Under the pieces are notes generated by a model that was not told where the DNA came from, did not search any database, and saw nothing but the letters and a program-made list of their open reading frames with translations. Below are positions 11,896-23,693 of a stretch of DNA of 37,556 nt, piece after piece. Origin of the DNA: Nemertoderma westbladi (Eukaryota > Animalia > Xenacoelomorpha). Within the stretch, counting starts at the first letter, position 1. The number at the start of each line of letters is the position of its first letter. Position numbers and translations under genes: made by a program. The stretch covers positions 1-37,556 of the forward strand of contig JAUCBJ010001281.1 in assembly GCA_032718475.1 (NCBI GenBank). Reading direction: 5' to 3'.

Positions 11896-12348
11896 CTACA
11901 AATTTGGGATACCGCGGGACAAGAACGTTTTAAAACTATAACACAGAGTTACTACCGGAGCGCCAACGGTGTTATTATTACATACGACATAACCAAGAAA
12001 TCGAGCTTCCAGAACATTCCGCAATGGCTGGAAGACGTTAAGAAATATGCGGGTCTCAATGTCGTCAAAGTGTTAGTTGGTAATAAATGTGACATGGAGC
12101 AATACCGTGAGGTTGCCAAGGCCGATGTCGAGAGGATAGCGTGCAGTAGGGACTGTGGCTTCTTCAGATTCCTTGAGACTTCTGCAAAGGACAAAACAAA
12201 CATTGAGGAGACATTTTTAGAACTAGCGAAACAGTTAAAGCGGACTCACTCGGGCCCAGAGAGTCTAATAGATTCTAATAGTGATACCAAAGTTGTTCTT
12301 AACTCCAGGGCAGTGAGCGACGAATCCGGTTACCGTGGTTGTTGCTAA
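11896..12348 (+). CDS. RAB43: Rab43 GTPase, final coding exon 3 (spliced protein 216 aa)
   Basis: Acceptor tttattgcag; LQIWDTAGQERF, TITQSYYRSANG, GNKCD, ETSAK and C-terminal CC prenylation motif; the three exons sum to 651 nt in frame. Confidence 0.95.
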   Translation, partial: LQIWDTAGQERFKTITQSYYRSANGVIITYDITKKSSFQNIPQWLEDVKKYAGLNVVKVLVGNKCDMEQYREVAKADVERIACSRDCGFFRFLETSAKDKTNIEETFLELAKQLKRTHSGPESLIDSNSDTKVVLNSRAVSDESGYRGCC

Positions 12349-12825
12349 TAATTACAATTATATTTATACTTATTAATTTTTATTTCAATTAATATATAAT
12401 AATTATATTATTAAACTGCTTATATTTTATTTTTGAGCCATTCCGTGTAAACTGTAAATGGCATATTCGTTTTAAAAGCATGATTTATTAAAAAAAATGT
12501 GCTTTTGGAATCTGAGAGTAAAAGTTTTTTCATGTTATTTGTATTTGGGTTTTATCGCGTACAACAACATCGGGTTTCCACAACACCCAGTTATTCTTTA
12601 CAGAGTAAACTTATCACAAACCCTTTATTTATTATTTTCGTACCGCCGGACTGTTTCTGGTATTTGTGTTATATAAATTCTGAGAAATTGTCTAACTTAG
12701 TAACTATTTTAGTAACTAACTTAGTAAATGTCTCTTTGGTGCTTTCTTTTAATGTTTCTTAGTATCTATTTCTAATTTCCAGGACGCATTTAACCTCCAC
12801 TTTATCTAGTAGATGTATATTTATG

Positions 12826-13052
12826 TACACGTTCGTGGGGCCTTCATGCAAACAAATTAAACCATCTTAGGATCAGGGCGGGTACCACTACAGTTCAACG
12901 GTTGGCTAGTCGCCCTCTAGTGGAGGGCGTGGGAACTGTTGAGTAAATAGACTCAATGTCTACCGAAGTAAGTTGAGTTATTAGCCGACAGTTAGACAAC
13001 GGTTGATACATCGGGTCCCGTATGCTAAGCTAGCGCACTTCGTCACTCGCCA
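12826..13052 (-). mobile_element. Short HINE/DINE-1-like element copy
   Basis: Reverse strand reads GGCGAGTGACGAAGTGCGCTAGCTTAGCATACGGG...GCTAATAACTC...GAAGGCCCCACGAACGTGTA, matching both ends of the family. Confidence 0.6.
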
Positions 13053-13344
13053 TGAAACTCGATCTACTAAGTTTGTTTTGTTTACCGTTATGTTTATTTG
13101 TGGTCCGGGATTGTTACTGTTTTAGTAATATTTTACTTTAGTCATTTTATTCGTTATTGTGACTTTGAAGTGTTCTGTAAATATATAATGTTAACAATAA
13201 TTGCGTAATTATTTAGATGATGGTGCAGTCAAACTTAATTTATGGCATCTATTATGAATTTGAGTCTTTATGTTTTCCTAATATCTACTTCTCTGTTTAC
13301 TGGTATATTATTACATGTGAACTTGTTATTTTGGATTGAATATT

Positions 13345-15050
13345 ACTACTACTAGGTCGAGTGAACTCGGACAGTGGAAATGAGATCCTTCCAGGCTTCC
13401 TGATTCTCCAACTACTACTAGGTCGAGTGAACTCGGACAGTGGAAATGAGATCCTTCCAGGCTAGGCTTCCCGATTCTCCAACTACTACTACTAGGTCGA
13501 GCGAACTCGGACAGTGGAAATGAGATCCTTCCAGGCTTCCCGATTCTCCACACTACTACTAGGTCGAGCGAACTCGGACAGTGGAAATGAGATCCTTCCA
13601 GGCTTCCCGATTCTCCAACTACTACTAGGTCGAGCGAACTCGGACAGTGGAAATGAGATCCTTCCAGGCTTCCCGATTCTCCAACTACTACTAGGTCGAG
13701 CGAACTCGGACAGCTGGAAATGAGATCCTTCCAGGCTTCCCGATTCTCCAACTACTACTAGGTCGAGCGAACTCGGACAGTGGAAATGAGATCCTTCCAG
13801 GCTTCCTGATTCTCCAACTACTACTAGGTCGAGCGAACTCGGACAGTGGAAATGAGATCCTTCCAGGCTTCCCGATTCTCCAACTACTACTAGGTCGAGC
13901 GAACTCGGACAGCGGAAATGAGATCCTTCCAGGCTTCCCGATTCTCCAACTATTACTACGTCGAGCGAACTCGGACAGTGGAAATGAGATCCTTCCAGGC
14001 TTCCCGATTCTCCAACTACTACTGGGTCGAGTGAACTCGGACAGTGGTAATGAGATCCTTCCAGGCTTCCCGATTCTCCAACTATTACTACGTCGAGCGA
14101 ACTCGGACAGTGGAAATGAGATCCTCCCAGGCTTCCCGATTCTCCAACTACTACTAGGTCGAGCGAACTCGGACAGTGGTAATGAGATCCTTCCAGGCTT
14201 CCTGATTTTCCAACTACTACTAGGTCGAGCGAGATCGGATAGTGGAAATGAGATCCTTCCAGGCTTCCTGATTCTCCATCTACTACTAGGTCGAGCGAAC
14301 TCGCACAGTGGAAATGAGATCCTTCCAGGCTTCCTGATTTTCCAACTACTACTAGGTCGAGCGAACTCGGATAGTGGAAATGAGATCCTTCCAGGCTTCC
14401 CGATTCTCCAACTACTACTAGGTCGAGTGAACTCGGACAGTGGAAATGAGATCCTTCCAGGCTTCCCGATTCTCCAACTACTACTAGGTCGAGCGAGATC
14501 GGATAGTGGAAATGAGATCCTTCCAGGCTTCCTGATTCTCCATCTACTACTAGGTCGAGCGAACTCGGACAGTGGAAATGAGATCCTTCCAGGCTTCCTG
14601 ATTTTCCAACTACTACTAGGTCGAGCGAACTCGGATAGTGGAAATGAGATCCTTCCAGGCTTCCTGATTTTCCAACTACTACTAGGTCGAGCGAACTCGG
14701 ATAGTGGAAATGAGATCCTTCCAGGCTTCCTGATTCTCCATCTACTACTAGGTCGAGCGAACTCGGACAGTGGAAATGAGATCCTTCCAGGCTTCCTGAT
14801 TTTCCAACTACTACTAAATCGAGCGAACTCGGATAGTGGAAATGAGATCCTTCCAGGCTTCCTGATTCTCTATCTACTACTAGGTCGAGCGAACTCGGAC
14901 AGTGGAAATGAGATCCTTCCAGGCTAGGCTTCCCGATTCTCCAACTACTACTAGGTCGAGCGAACTCGGACAGTGGAAATGAGATCCTTCCAGGCTTCCT
15001 GATTCTCCATCTACTACTAGGTCGAGCGAACTCGGACAGTGGAAATGAGA
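13345..15050 (-). repeat. 66-bp tandem repeat (~26 copies), probably derived from a LINE 3' end
   Basis: Minus-strand unit (A/T)TGGAGAATCGGGAAGCCTGGAAGGATCTCATTTCCACTGTCCGAGTTCGCTCGACC-TAGTAGTAG translates as MENREAWKDLISTVRVRST* followed by a TAG tail. Confidence 0.95.
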
Positions 15051-15420
15051 TTCGTTTATTGTTTTGGTTATAAAACACCGCCGCTGTAACTTGTTTCTCA
15101 CCTGATTCGCATGATAGTATTGATACTGAAATATTAATTTACCATGTCAACACCCCAACGTAATTATTTAGCCACTTAGTCTACGAATCTTCGAATTCTT
15201 ATAAGGAATCATGATTAAATTATCAGCCCATCATTTTGGGAGATAAACAATACACAAGCTGTCGTATTAGTCTGCCTCATATAGATGTAATTAATTTCTA
15301 TTTGATCTAGTAGTGGTGAAGTGGGTTTGATTGGTTCCCAGCTTGGCAATAGCAAGCACGGCAGCCATGCGGGAATGGGGAGCTGGAAGTATAGGGTGTT
15401 GAGAGATGGAGCATTTTAAA

Positions 15421-16667
15421 AGTTTATTTCTTGGTGGTCGAATTGGAAGGGCAGAATATCCCTTTTGATGCTCAACACCCCCGTCTGATACCAGAGAAAC
15501 ACCCCCTAGCAGAAGTTTTGGTAGATCACTTCCATCGTCATATAGGACATTAGGGAAGACATCTTACTCATGGAGCCATCTGTAGTGGAGGGTTTCATCT
15601 CATGAAGGGACAAACTCTCATCAAGGATTTCATTAAGAACTGTATCCTCTGCCAAAAGATGAGAGAACTTGGATCCCAGCAAATGGCTGATCTGCGCAAA
15701 GATAGGCTTGAGCAAGTCCCACCATTCACAAATACCGGACTTGGCGTATTTGGACCCTGGACGATTTCAGCGGGAAGAACAACACGACAAAATACAGGCA
15801 ATCGTAGGGCATTCCTTCTAACTTGCCTCGTATGTAGGGCAGTGCATATCGAATTATTGCCCTCGTTGGACACACCTAGCTTCAGGAATGCCCTTCGGCG
15901 ATTTATAGGAATACGTGGTTCATGCAGAACCATGCATAGTGATAGATGTTCAAACTTTACAGGGGCACATAACCAGGATGAAGCAGAATAGATTTTGAAG
16001 CGATAGAACATGATTTGAAAAATCGAGGCGTAAAGTGGGAATGTAATCCTCCCCATGCTTCTCATTTTGGAGGCAGCTGGGAAAGGAAGATAGGATCCAT
16101 AAGGAGGATTTTAGATTCGACTCTGATGCTCATGGGACCCGGAGGCTGTCTAGGGATGAGTTACATACAGCTTTGGTTGAAACATCTGCAATTATTCAAC
16201 ATCACTCTGGGATGTATCAACAGACCCTGTTGATCCCCAACCTCTTAACCCATCCATGATCTTGACCTTAAAGGAAGATGGACACCGACCACCACAAATG
16301 GATAGCTTTAATAAGTCTGACATCCTCACATATGGGTCACGTAGATGGCGACGAGTGCAATATCTCGCGGATCAATTCTGGATTCGATGTAAATATAATT
16401 ATATGTTAACATTACAGGCACGGCGTAAGTGAAAGAGCCCAAAGACCTCATTAGAAGTTGGAGACCTCGTCCTTATATGAGAGAAAACCCTGCGTCGTAA
16501 ATTGGCCCACATGCATTGTCAACGCAGTAAAGATCAGTGGCGTTATCTTAGTTCGCTCAGTAGGCCTAACCATTGGTCTGGTCCGACTTGGAAAAGACAA
16601 GACTCCCAAGCCATATTTCCTAGACCGGCCAATCTCTGAGCTAGTTCTGGGGTGTCACCATAAATAA
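15421..16667 (+). pseudogene. BEL/Pao LTR-retrotransposon pol remnant (integrase zinc finger, integrase core, C-terminal domain)
   Basis: GGRI..HP.LIP, H..H...CILC zinc finger, QMADL..DRL...PPFTNTG, RAVHIEL, SDRCSNF, PPHASHFGGSWER, RWRRVQYLADQFW and RPISELV; in-frame stops and frameshifts; first catalytic Asp reads Gly (TGLGVFGP). Confidence 0.9.
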
Positions 16668-17012
16668 TATAACTAAGTAACTTTAAACTCATCTATTCGT
16701 ACAGTACTTGGAATTGACTTAGTATAGTAGTTTAATCGTCATACAGTAGGTTAGATAGGGTTAAGATAGGGATTGAAGTAATCATAACTCATGGAATCTT
16801 TTAATTAAGAAATATTTTTAGGAATCATACATAATCTTTATATGCATTATTTGTACAAGTGTTTGTATATTGTTAGGATAATTTAGGTTATTTACCATTT
16901 TATGTAATGATTTGAACTATTGTGCTCAACGTCTTTCACATGATATAACATTATTCTAGAACTTATTTCATAGATCATTTGTGTAAATTTTCGGCCAAGG
17001 CCGAGCGGGGAG

Positions 17013-17298
17013 TGTGCTGTACATACAGTACCAGTTGTAGTGCCTACAGTATAATTGTGTACTAGTGTGTTGTCATACTGTACCTGTTTTATGATAATAT
17101 ACTGTGTTTTCCATGCAGTACACCAGTAGATTCTAGCATGTTGTCTACGGTACTCGCTTTTGTTGTAAGTATATTTCATACCGGTTATCAGGAAATGTGT
17201 TTGCGTTTGTTTGGAATAAAAGGACCGAGTGTTAAAAACTACATTCCAGTTCCTGATGATTCCAGTTCCTTCTGGGGTCCGGGTAGGTTCCCAGAACA
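17013..17298 (+). mobile_element. 3' LTR of the BEL/Pao element
   Basis: Purine tract GAGCGGGGAG directly before TGT at 17013; AATAAA at 17215; ends AGAACA (TG...CA). No matching 5' LTR in the window. Confidence 0.7.
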
Positions 17299-17384
17299 AG
17301 TTTATAGATACAAGTTAATTCAATTCGATCATAGGCGTACTTATACAGTATCGGGGCTGGGATATTAGAACCGGGATCTTCCGG

Positions 17385-17615
17385 AGAATTTAGATCCAAG
17401 GCACACATACAGTAGATCCGAGGCGGACTTAAGGCAAACTTACTGTAGATGCAAGGCGAACTTAGATCCTAGTAGGTGAACTTCTGGTAAATTTAGACGT
17501 TGGCAAACATAGATCCTGAATGAACTTAGCATAGATCCAAAGCGAACCTAAATCCATGGCAAACTTCTGAACTTAGACCTGCTGAAAGTCGATTCGGGAA
17601 AAATTAGATCAACGA
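17385..17615. repeat. Degenerate short-period repeat around (G)GCGAACTTAGATCC
   Basis: Recurrent AACTTAGATCC / TAGATCC / GGCAAAC words at roughly 20-30 bp spacing. Confidence 0.5.
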
Positions 17616-18088
17616 CAAACGAGGCAACTGATGAGACTCCTTTTTCCATTTCTGAATCAAAAAACATATTACAGTAACACATTAATTATTCGGTAGCATA
17701 ATAATTTCATAATACAGTACGATATCCCTCCCTGCCTCCCGGACTGAGAACATAATATCACTTAAAATATTACAGTATGTGTTTGTACAGGTCTTGCTTG
17801 AGTCTTTTGGTCTTTGTTTTGTACTCACCCATTCCATCTCGGCGAATTAATATCTCGCCTCAAAGCTAAATATCGAAGGGAAACACCGTATTCAAACTAA
17901 CCCACTATACCAGGTTTTCACCAAAAGCACAGGTTACAGAAGGGCTGAATCTAACCAAAACAATAAACGAACTAGTATATCTACAGGTTATAAGACAGAA
18001 ACAACCGCTATAAAACAGCTAATTTAGATAAATTTATAAAAATAAAAAATCTTCATATATAAAATACCAATAAAAAGTAGACCGAAAA

Positions 18089-18475
18089 GTGAAATCCTGG
18101 TGTTCTTCACATGGGCGTTTTGTAAATCATTTTAATTACCTTGGTGTGGTTCTATCTACAAAAAACGGTATCTCAGGCCACTGCGATCCACCTATACAAC
18201 CGTGGGATTTTACCTCCTGTATCAGATTATCTTCAACTCTCGACTTGAGGGCAGTATCACTGGAAACCGCCACTAAACTATGGCGGCTGATTATATTTCC
18301 GGCATCAACGTACGGTTGCAAAATATTTAATATTACCGCAGCCGAGTTGAACGGGTTACCCCATGTCGTAATGACACGTGGCTTCTTCTTTAAAATGTGG
18401 TGCGGCCTCAGTAAGTTCGCCTCGACGACACGAATACTCAACGCCGTCGATAACCCCTCCGGCTCGGCTCCGTAA
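18089..18475 (+). mobile_element. Non-LTR retrotransposon RT thumb-region fragment
   Basis: VNHFNYLGVVLS (F/YKYLG motif) followed by KLW..IIFP.STYGC, typical of the end of LINE RT domains. Confidence 0.6.
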
Positions 18476-18754
18476 TCGACCTCCGCCGTCTATCGGGTCA
18501 ACGACGCAGGGTGGCTGCCCAGTTTGTCTCTAACCCCTACCACCACTGCCTTTGCGCCACCGCCAAATGCTGGAGGCCAGGCCAATATAAGAATGCCGGT
18601 GTCGCCTATGTAACTCCCCAGCAACCGACATAGCAAATATGTAATATGTGTTTGTTTGGGTAATTCGTGGCTGACAATAGACGAAAAGGCTTAAACTTCT
18701 GAGATACAAACCCTTAAACTGCGATAGTGATGCGCTGGCAAATGGGGAGGCAAT

Positions 18755-18923
18755 TTATCCTGAGGGGAGGCAAATTCTACTACGGAGATTATGTCCGGGA
18801 ACCGGGGGGGGGGGGGGGGGGGGGGATATTCTAGGTGAATGAGACCTGGCCTGGGGGACATATTCACCTTGGAGATTATGCCCTTGGGGACAGATTAAAG
18901 AGGGGGCACGTATTCCTGCTAAA
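18755..18923. mobile_element. Right arm of a truncated Ginger1-like MITE
   Basis: G-rich ~23-bp subrepeats like those of the adjacent element, ending TTCCTGCTAAA followed by CCGG (18924-18927). Confidence 0.5.
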
Positions 18924-18927
18924 CCGG

Positions 18928-19837
18928 TGTAACAGGAAAATATGCCTCCCCGGGAAATGTGCCCGGGGGGGCATATTTTCCTAGGAAAAAATGCCCCCCC
19001 GGGCAAATTTCCCTAGGAAAAAATGCCCCCCCTTAGGAAATTATACCCCCCCTGAATTATACAATAAACAAAACTTATTACTACTAAAACTTACAAAAAT
19101 TATACAAAACAACAAACAGTCACTTTACCAAATGAAGGAAAGGAGCAGGTTACAGAGGCATGCCTTTCTAACCAAAACAATAAACGATCATTTAACTAAT
19201 TGAGGGAAAGGAGCAGGTTACAGAGGCGGGATTTTCTAACCAAAACTAATAAACAGTCACTTTAGCAAATCAGGGAAAGGAGCAGGTTACAGAGACGGAA
19301 TTTTCTAACCAAAACAATATACGATAACATTACCAATTGAGAGAAAGGAGCAGGTTACAGAGGCGGGATTTTCTAACCAAAACAATAAACAATCACTTTA
19401 CCAAATCAGGGAAAGGAGCAGGTTACAGACTTAAAAAAGCTTGGAGCTGCTCGGCGCCCACACAACACCACACACTCGCACTGCTGTTATACCAGTACTT
19501 ACTACAGTAGCCTACTGACTTAGATACTTCAGTATGCTGTTCTACATCCCTTACTGCCTTACCTGCTTACCTACCGGCAGACCGGTACCGTACTATTCTT
19601 CCAACTATTACAAGTTCTGCAGTTGGTAGATTAAAAGTGGCTACCAGCAGACCGGTATCGTACCAGTTTTCAGACTTTTGAGGGGGGCTAATTTTCCTGA
19701 GGGGAGGCATTATTTCCTAAGGAGAAAATGCCCCCCCGGGCTAAATTTCCTAGGAAAAATTGCCCGGGGGGACATAATATCCTAGGAAATAATGCCCCGG
19801 GGGTCATATTCTAGGGGGGGCTGATTTCCTTGTGACA
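18928..19837. mobile_element. Non-autonomous Ginger1-like DNA transposon
   Basis: Termini TGTAACAGGAAA ... TTTCCTTGTGACA (TGT...ACA) flanked by CCGG on both sides (18924-18927, 19838-19841); arms built of subrepeats with the palindrome TTCCTAGGAA. TGT/ACA ends plus CCGG TSD are the described Ginger1 signature. Confidence 0.75.
19110..19430. repeat. 68-bp tandem repeat (~4.7 copies) inside the Ginger1-like MITE
   Basis: AGGAGCAGGTTACAGA recurs at 19141, 19209, 19278, 19346 and 19414. Confidence 0.9.
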
Positions 19838-20055
19838 CCGGCACGCCATGTACCCGCGCTTGTCTTCATAATAGGCCATACCTGTAATACCGTAGTACCG
19901 TAGCCGTAGAGTTTGTTTATTCATAATATCTACCGGTACTGCACTGATGTATAGTGATATTGCTGTATTGGGCATTGGGGACCGCTGTAGTGGTGGACCA
20001 GTACAGCAGTATACTGCTTACCTATATTATACCTATAAATACTGTGGTTAATAAA

Positions 20056-20781
20056 ATGGGTTCTTTTAAATTGTCATTTAACAAATCCCAAATATGGGAT
20101 ATCGTAGAATCAAAAGACAACGTCCTTGTATTTCAAGAATTCCTAACGGAATATCTGAATAAATATGAGTATTTCCTTGATCATTTTGTCATTCATAACG
20201 TCGATAAGTCCTCTGTGAGAAAGTGGGCGAAATTAATCGAACGCACAGAACGACTGAAATCGTCGCGAACCACTGAAAATGAAAAGGATAAATCGAATAA
20301 AGTCGATAAACTTAAACCGCGAAACGATCGCAGTGAAAAAAATAAGAGAGAATCTTCGCCGAACGAACCCTACGGACCCTCCCCTAGTAAAATGATTAAA
20401 TCGTATCGCGATACCGATATATTACCGTTACCGGTAGTTGAGCCGTTAGAGCCGACGTGTTCCACCGACTCCGAACTAACGATCGATGTCGAAGCGAATA
20501 AAAATACCAAATCATCAGAAATTTCTGGTGTAAACGATGTTAATGACCTTCCGAACAACACGCCTAACAAGACTAAACGAAAGCGGAATAAGAAAGACAC
20601 TCGGCGTCCCAATAAGTTAGTTACATCGGCTCTTCTGTCCTTCGGAGAAATTAAAGCCAAATTAAAAGCGTCGCCGCCACGGCCACAGTCTATAAAGATA
20701 CAGTTTCCAGCTTACAAGTCATTAGGCCCACAGGATAATCTGTCTCCTCCGACCGCTGCTGATAGCGATAGTGCAATATAG
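20056..20781 (+). CDS. Uncharacterised intronless protein (~241 aa from first ATG)
   Basis: Long open frame in non-repetitive AT-rich DNA, AAAATGG start context; hydrophobic N-terminal ~65 aa, then charged low-complexity region with basic cluster KTKRKRNKK and SP/TP sites; no family recognised. Confidence 0.55.
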   Translation: MGSFKLSFNKSQIWDIVESKDNVLVFQEFLTEYLNKYEYFLDHFVIHNVDKSSVRKWAKLIERTERLKSSRTTENEKDKSNKVDKLKPRNDRSEKNKRESSPNEPYGPSPSKMIKSYRDTDILPLPVVEPLEPTCSTDSELTIDVEANKNTKSSEISGVNDVNDLPNNTPNKTKRKRNKKDTRRPNKLVTSALLSFGEIKAKLKASPPRPQSIKIQFPAYKSLGPQDNLSPPTAADSDSAI

Positions 20782-22779
20782 TTAGTTGTATTAGTTGGTC
20801 TACACTCGACAGGTCTATTGATGACATTATTTTATTTATTTGTCATATTTCATTTGGGGCATATTTGTTGGAAATTATGACACTGTTCTCGGTTCTCCAG
20901 ATATGTGTATTGAACTTTAACTTTCAAACATTTTATTCTGGCGAACATGATAATTAAATATTTAATGTTTTTATGTTTTTATTGCATTCAAGGAGTTACA
21001 GCAATAACTATTATTTTGGTAGCGGTATTAGTAGGTTAACAAATATTCTAATCTAATTAGATTTCTAGTTATTGTAAATTTGTTTTTATTATCTTGTAGT
21101 TGTATAGCTTATATTCCGCATATGCGATTATTATTCTTCTTATTCTTATTTGATTCTTATTTGATATTCTTATTTTTTATGTTCGGGTTAACATTTGGGA
21201 CACGAATACTCTAATTGTAATTCGTGTCGCTAGATATGATTGGAAGTGGCTACTGACCGGACCCTCTAAATACCGTATTTAGCTTTATATTGGATTTATA
21301 TTTTCGTCTATGTAGCGATGTAGGACGCGAAAGCTCCACCCAATATACCTTTGTAATTGTAAAATTTCTGGACTTTCGACAGACTAGATTTTATCACATG
21401 TTATCCTACATATAGTTCAACACAAGTAATCTATTAGGTTAGGTAAGAGAATGGTGAATTCCGGTAAAATGCCCAGTTACAGAGATACTCAAATATTAAT
21501 ATGTCGGGATGTTCCGTCCAAAAAGCCTTGGTTTATATTACATTACATACAAAATTCACAAGATCACGGCTAAGTTATTATTATACAGACAGACAGTGCT
21601 GTTCAACTATATAGTAAGGGCAGGTAACAATGCTAACCATATGATAGGCCATATTCAATATAGTTCGGGAGGTGTTGGCCCTGTGCGAAACGGCAATAAC
21701 AACCGTTGCTATGGTTACATCAATTATTAAAATAAGTTTTACTTTAATTTTCAATTATTATTTAACTAAACACCTCAAAATTATTTAAATAATTAATTAA
21801 CTTGTCTTTGTCATTTATTTATATGTATTTAATTGGGTTTAGTGAATTTGTCACTACAAAATTAGTTCAACAGCACTGCAGACTGACCTATTTCCAGGAA
21901 TTTCGACATCCTATTTCAGGTATATTTTAATTAGGTGTCGCTCATAGTTTGCTATGATCTTAATAATTTATTATTATTGTTTTGTATATTTATTTGCGCT
22001 TTTAATTTGTTTGCCATGTAAATCTGTACCGAAACTGTTTTATGTGCTGTATATAAATATGCATTGCCTTTTTAATTAGCATTTATTAGTTTAGATGAAG
22101 TCTTTTGTAATATCAGCGTTGCGTAACACGTTCGTATAGATAGTTTATAATATTCTAGTATGTTAATCTTTCAATAATTGTTGTTGCAAGGCGTTCTAGA
22201 ACTAACATAGTTCTAGAACGCCTTGGTTATATGTTATTTAATTGGTCTTCAATGTGTCATTAAAATGTATTTATATTTAGCGGACCATCCTTAAATTAAG
22301 TAACGCAAGGCCTCTAGTACCTCGGCCAGCCGTTGGGGGGAGTGACTATGTCCGCTAAACGGCTACGCAAAGATTCATCTAGACTGCTAGCTGCGCGAAG
22401 TCTCCCCACGTATCTGTACCTCGTACACAAACTGGGAAAAACCGAAAGTTGTAACAGACAACGTGGCCGAAACCCTTAGAAACGCAACAAATTGCCCAGC
22501 CATTCAACAATCACTTCTCCACTATTGGTTCAAATTGATCCCAGGAAATAACCAAATCTAATCGATCTTCATCACAGCATATCTCTTATAATGGCCACCA
22601 ATCTTTTGTACTAACAGAAACATCCCCAGTTGATATTCAAATCCATTTACTACATATCGAAACCGTTACCTTACTATAACGATATATTTTCAATCAGACT
22701 AATTTCTTTAGGAGCTCTTCCCATATCCATTCATTTTTAAGTAATATGTTAAATTTATCTTTCCGATATCCTTAAAGCG

Positions 22780-23200
22780 AGCGAAGGTTTGTTTGTCACC
22801 TGTAATGCCACTTGTCAGTGGGGCCCCTCAGGGAGCCACTTTATTTTTTTTGCTATCCTCCTGTACATCAACGACCTCCAATATTCCCCCTCTATTTGCC
22901 GTTGACCTCGATTCTTTTTTTCCCAAAATCAATATATTCAAAATCTCATTACATTGAAAATACTAATAATATTGAACTAATTAAAATCAGTAATTGGCTT
23001 ATAGATAACTCGATTTCACTTAATGTTAAAAAACCGACCATATGTTTTTCAGTAATCGAAAAAGTAATAATTAATAACATGGTAACAATGAATAAATGGC
23101 CCTACTATTTAAGCAAACAAACATCTTTACGGCCTTATCGTGTGGGTGAATCAAAAACTTGTCACATTAATCCAATCCAAATTAAAATGAATAAAATTAT
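22780..23200 (+). mobile_element. Heavily decayed CR1/L2-group LINE RT fragment
   Basis: Broken frames give SGAPQG, LLYINDL, LFA(V)D and ELIKISNWLIDNSISLNVKK, matching GVPQGS..LYINDL..FADD..W...N.L.LN..K. Confidence 0.7.
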
Positions 23201-23693
23201 CCCAAGTATTAAATTTAGCTACTTTCAAGTCTCGTCTATCCCAATATATAAATAAATCCCTTGAAATCCTGACGTTTTTTTTAATACATATAGTCGGCCT
23301 GTTAATAGGCGATACTCAATTTTATCTGCCAACAACGCTTATTGTCTTAATGAATTTCCAGATTCCAGGGTCCTGAGATCTAGAATACAATTGCTTCGAC
23401 AATTCGAGAAATAAAATCAAAGCCTTTGTTTACCAACAAATTTGGGAATTCTTGTTTTATGCTTTACAATAATAGTAATCTCGGTAGTTAATCTTATTTT
23501 ATGCTAACTCTATTTTAAATGTAATGCCATGTTTGTCATGTGAATTCAATTAAATTAAATTAATTGAATCACATCGGAAATATATTATTGTTTGTTGGAA
23601 AGAAATACTATACTACATGACAACGAAAAAGAGATAAATTATTTTAAGCGGGAAATTTGAATCGAATTGTCAGTATTTGTCCTAACTGCTGTA

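Noticed and set aside
13326-15101. Long ORFs (528 aa, 298 aa) with 22-aa repeats
   Set aside because: Produced by a 66-bp (multiple of 3) repeat that is open in several frames on both strands and broken by 1- and 5-bp indels; no evidence of a real repeat protein.
15421-15427. AGTTTAT at both the left edge of the BEL remnant and just after its LTR as a TSD
   Set aside because: The left copy lies within pol-like sequence rather than next to a 5' LTR; probably coincidence.
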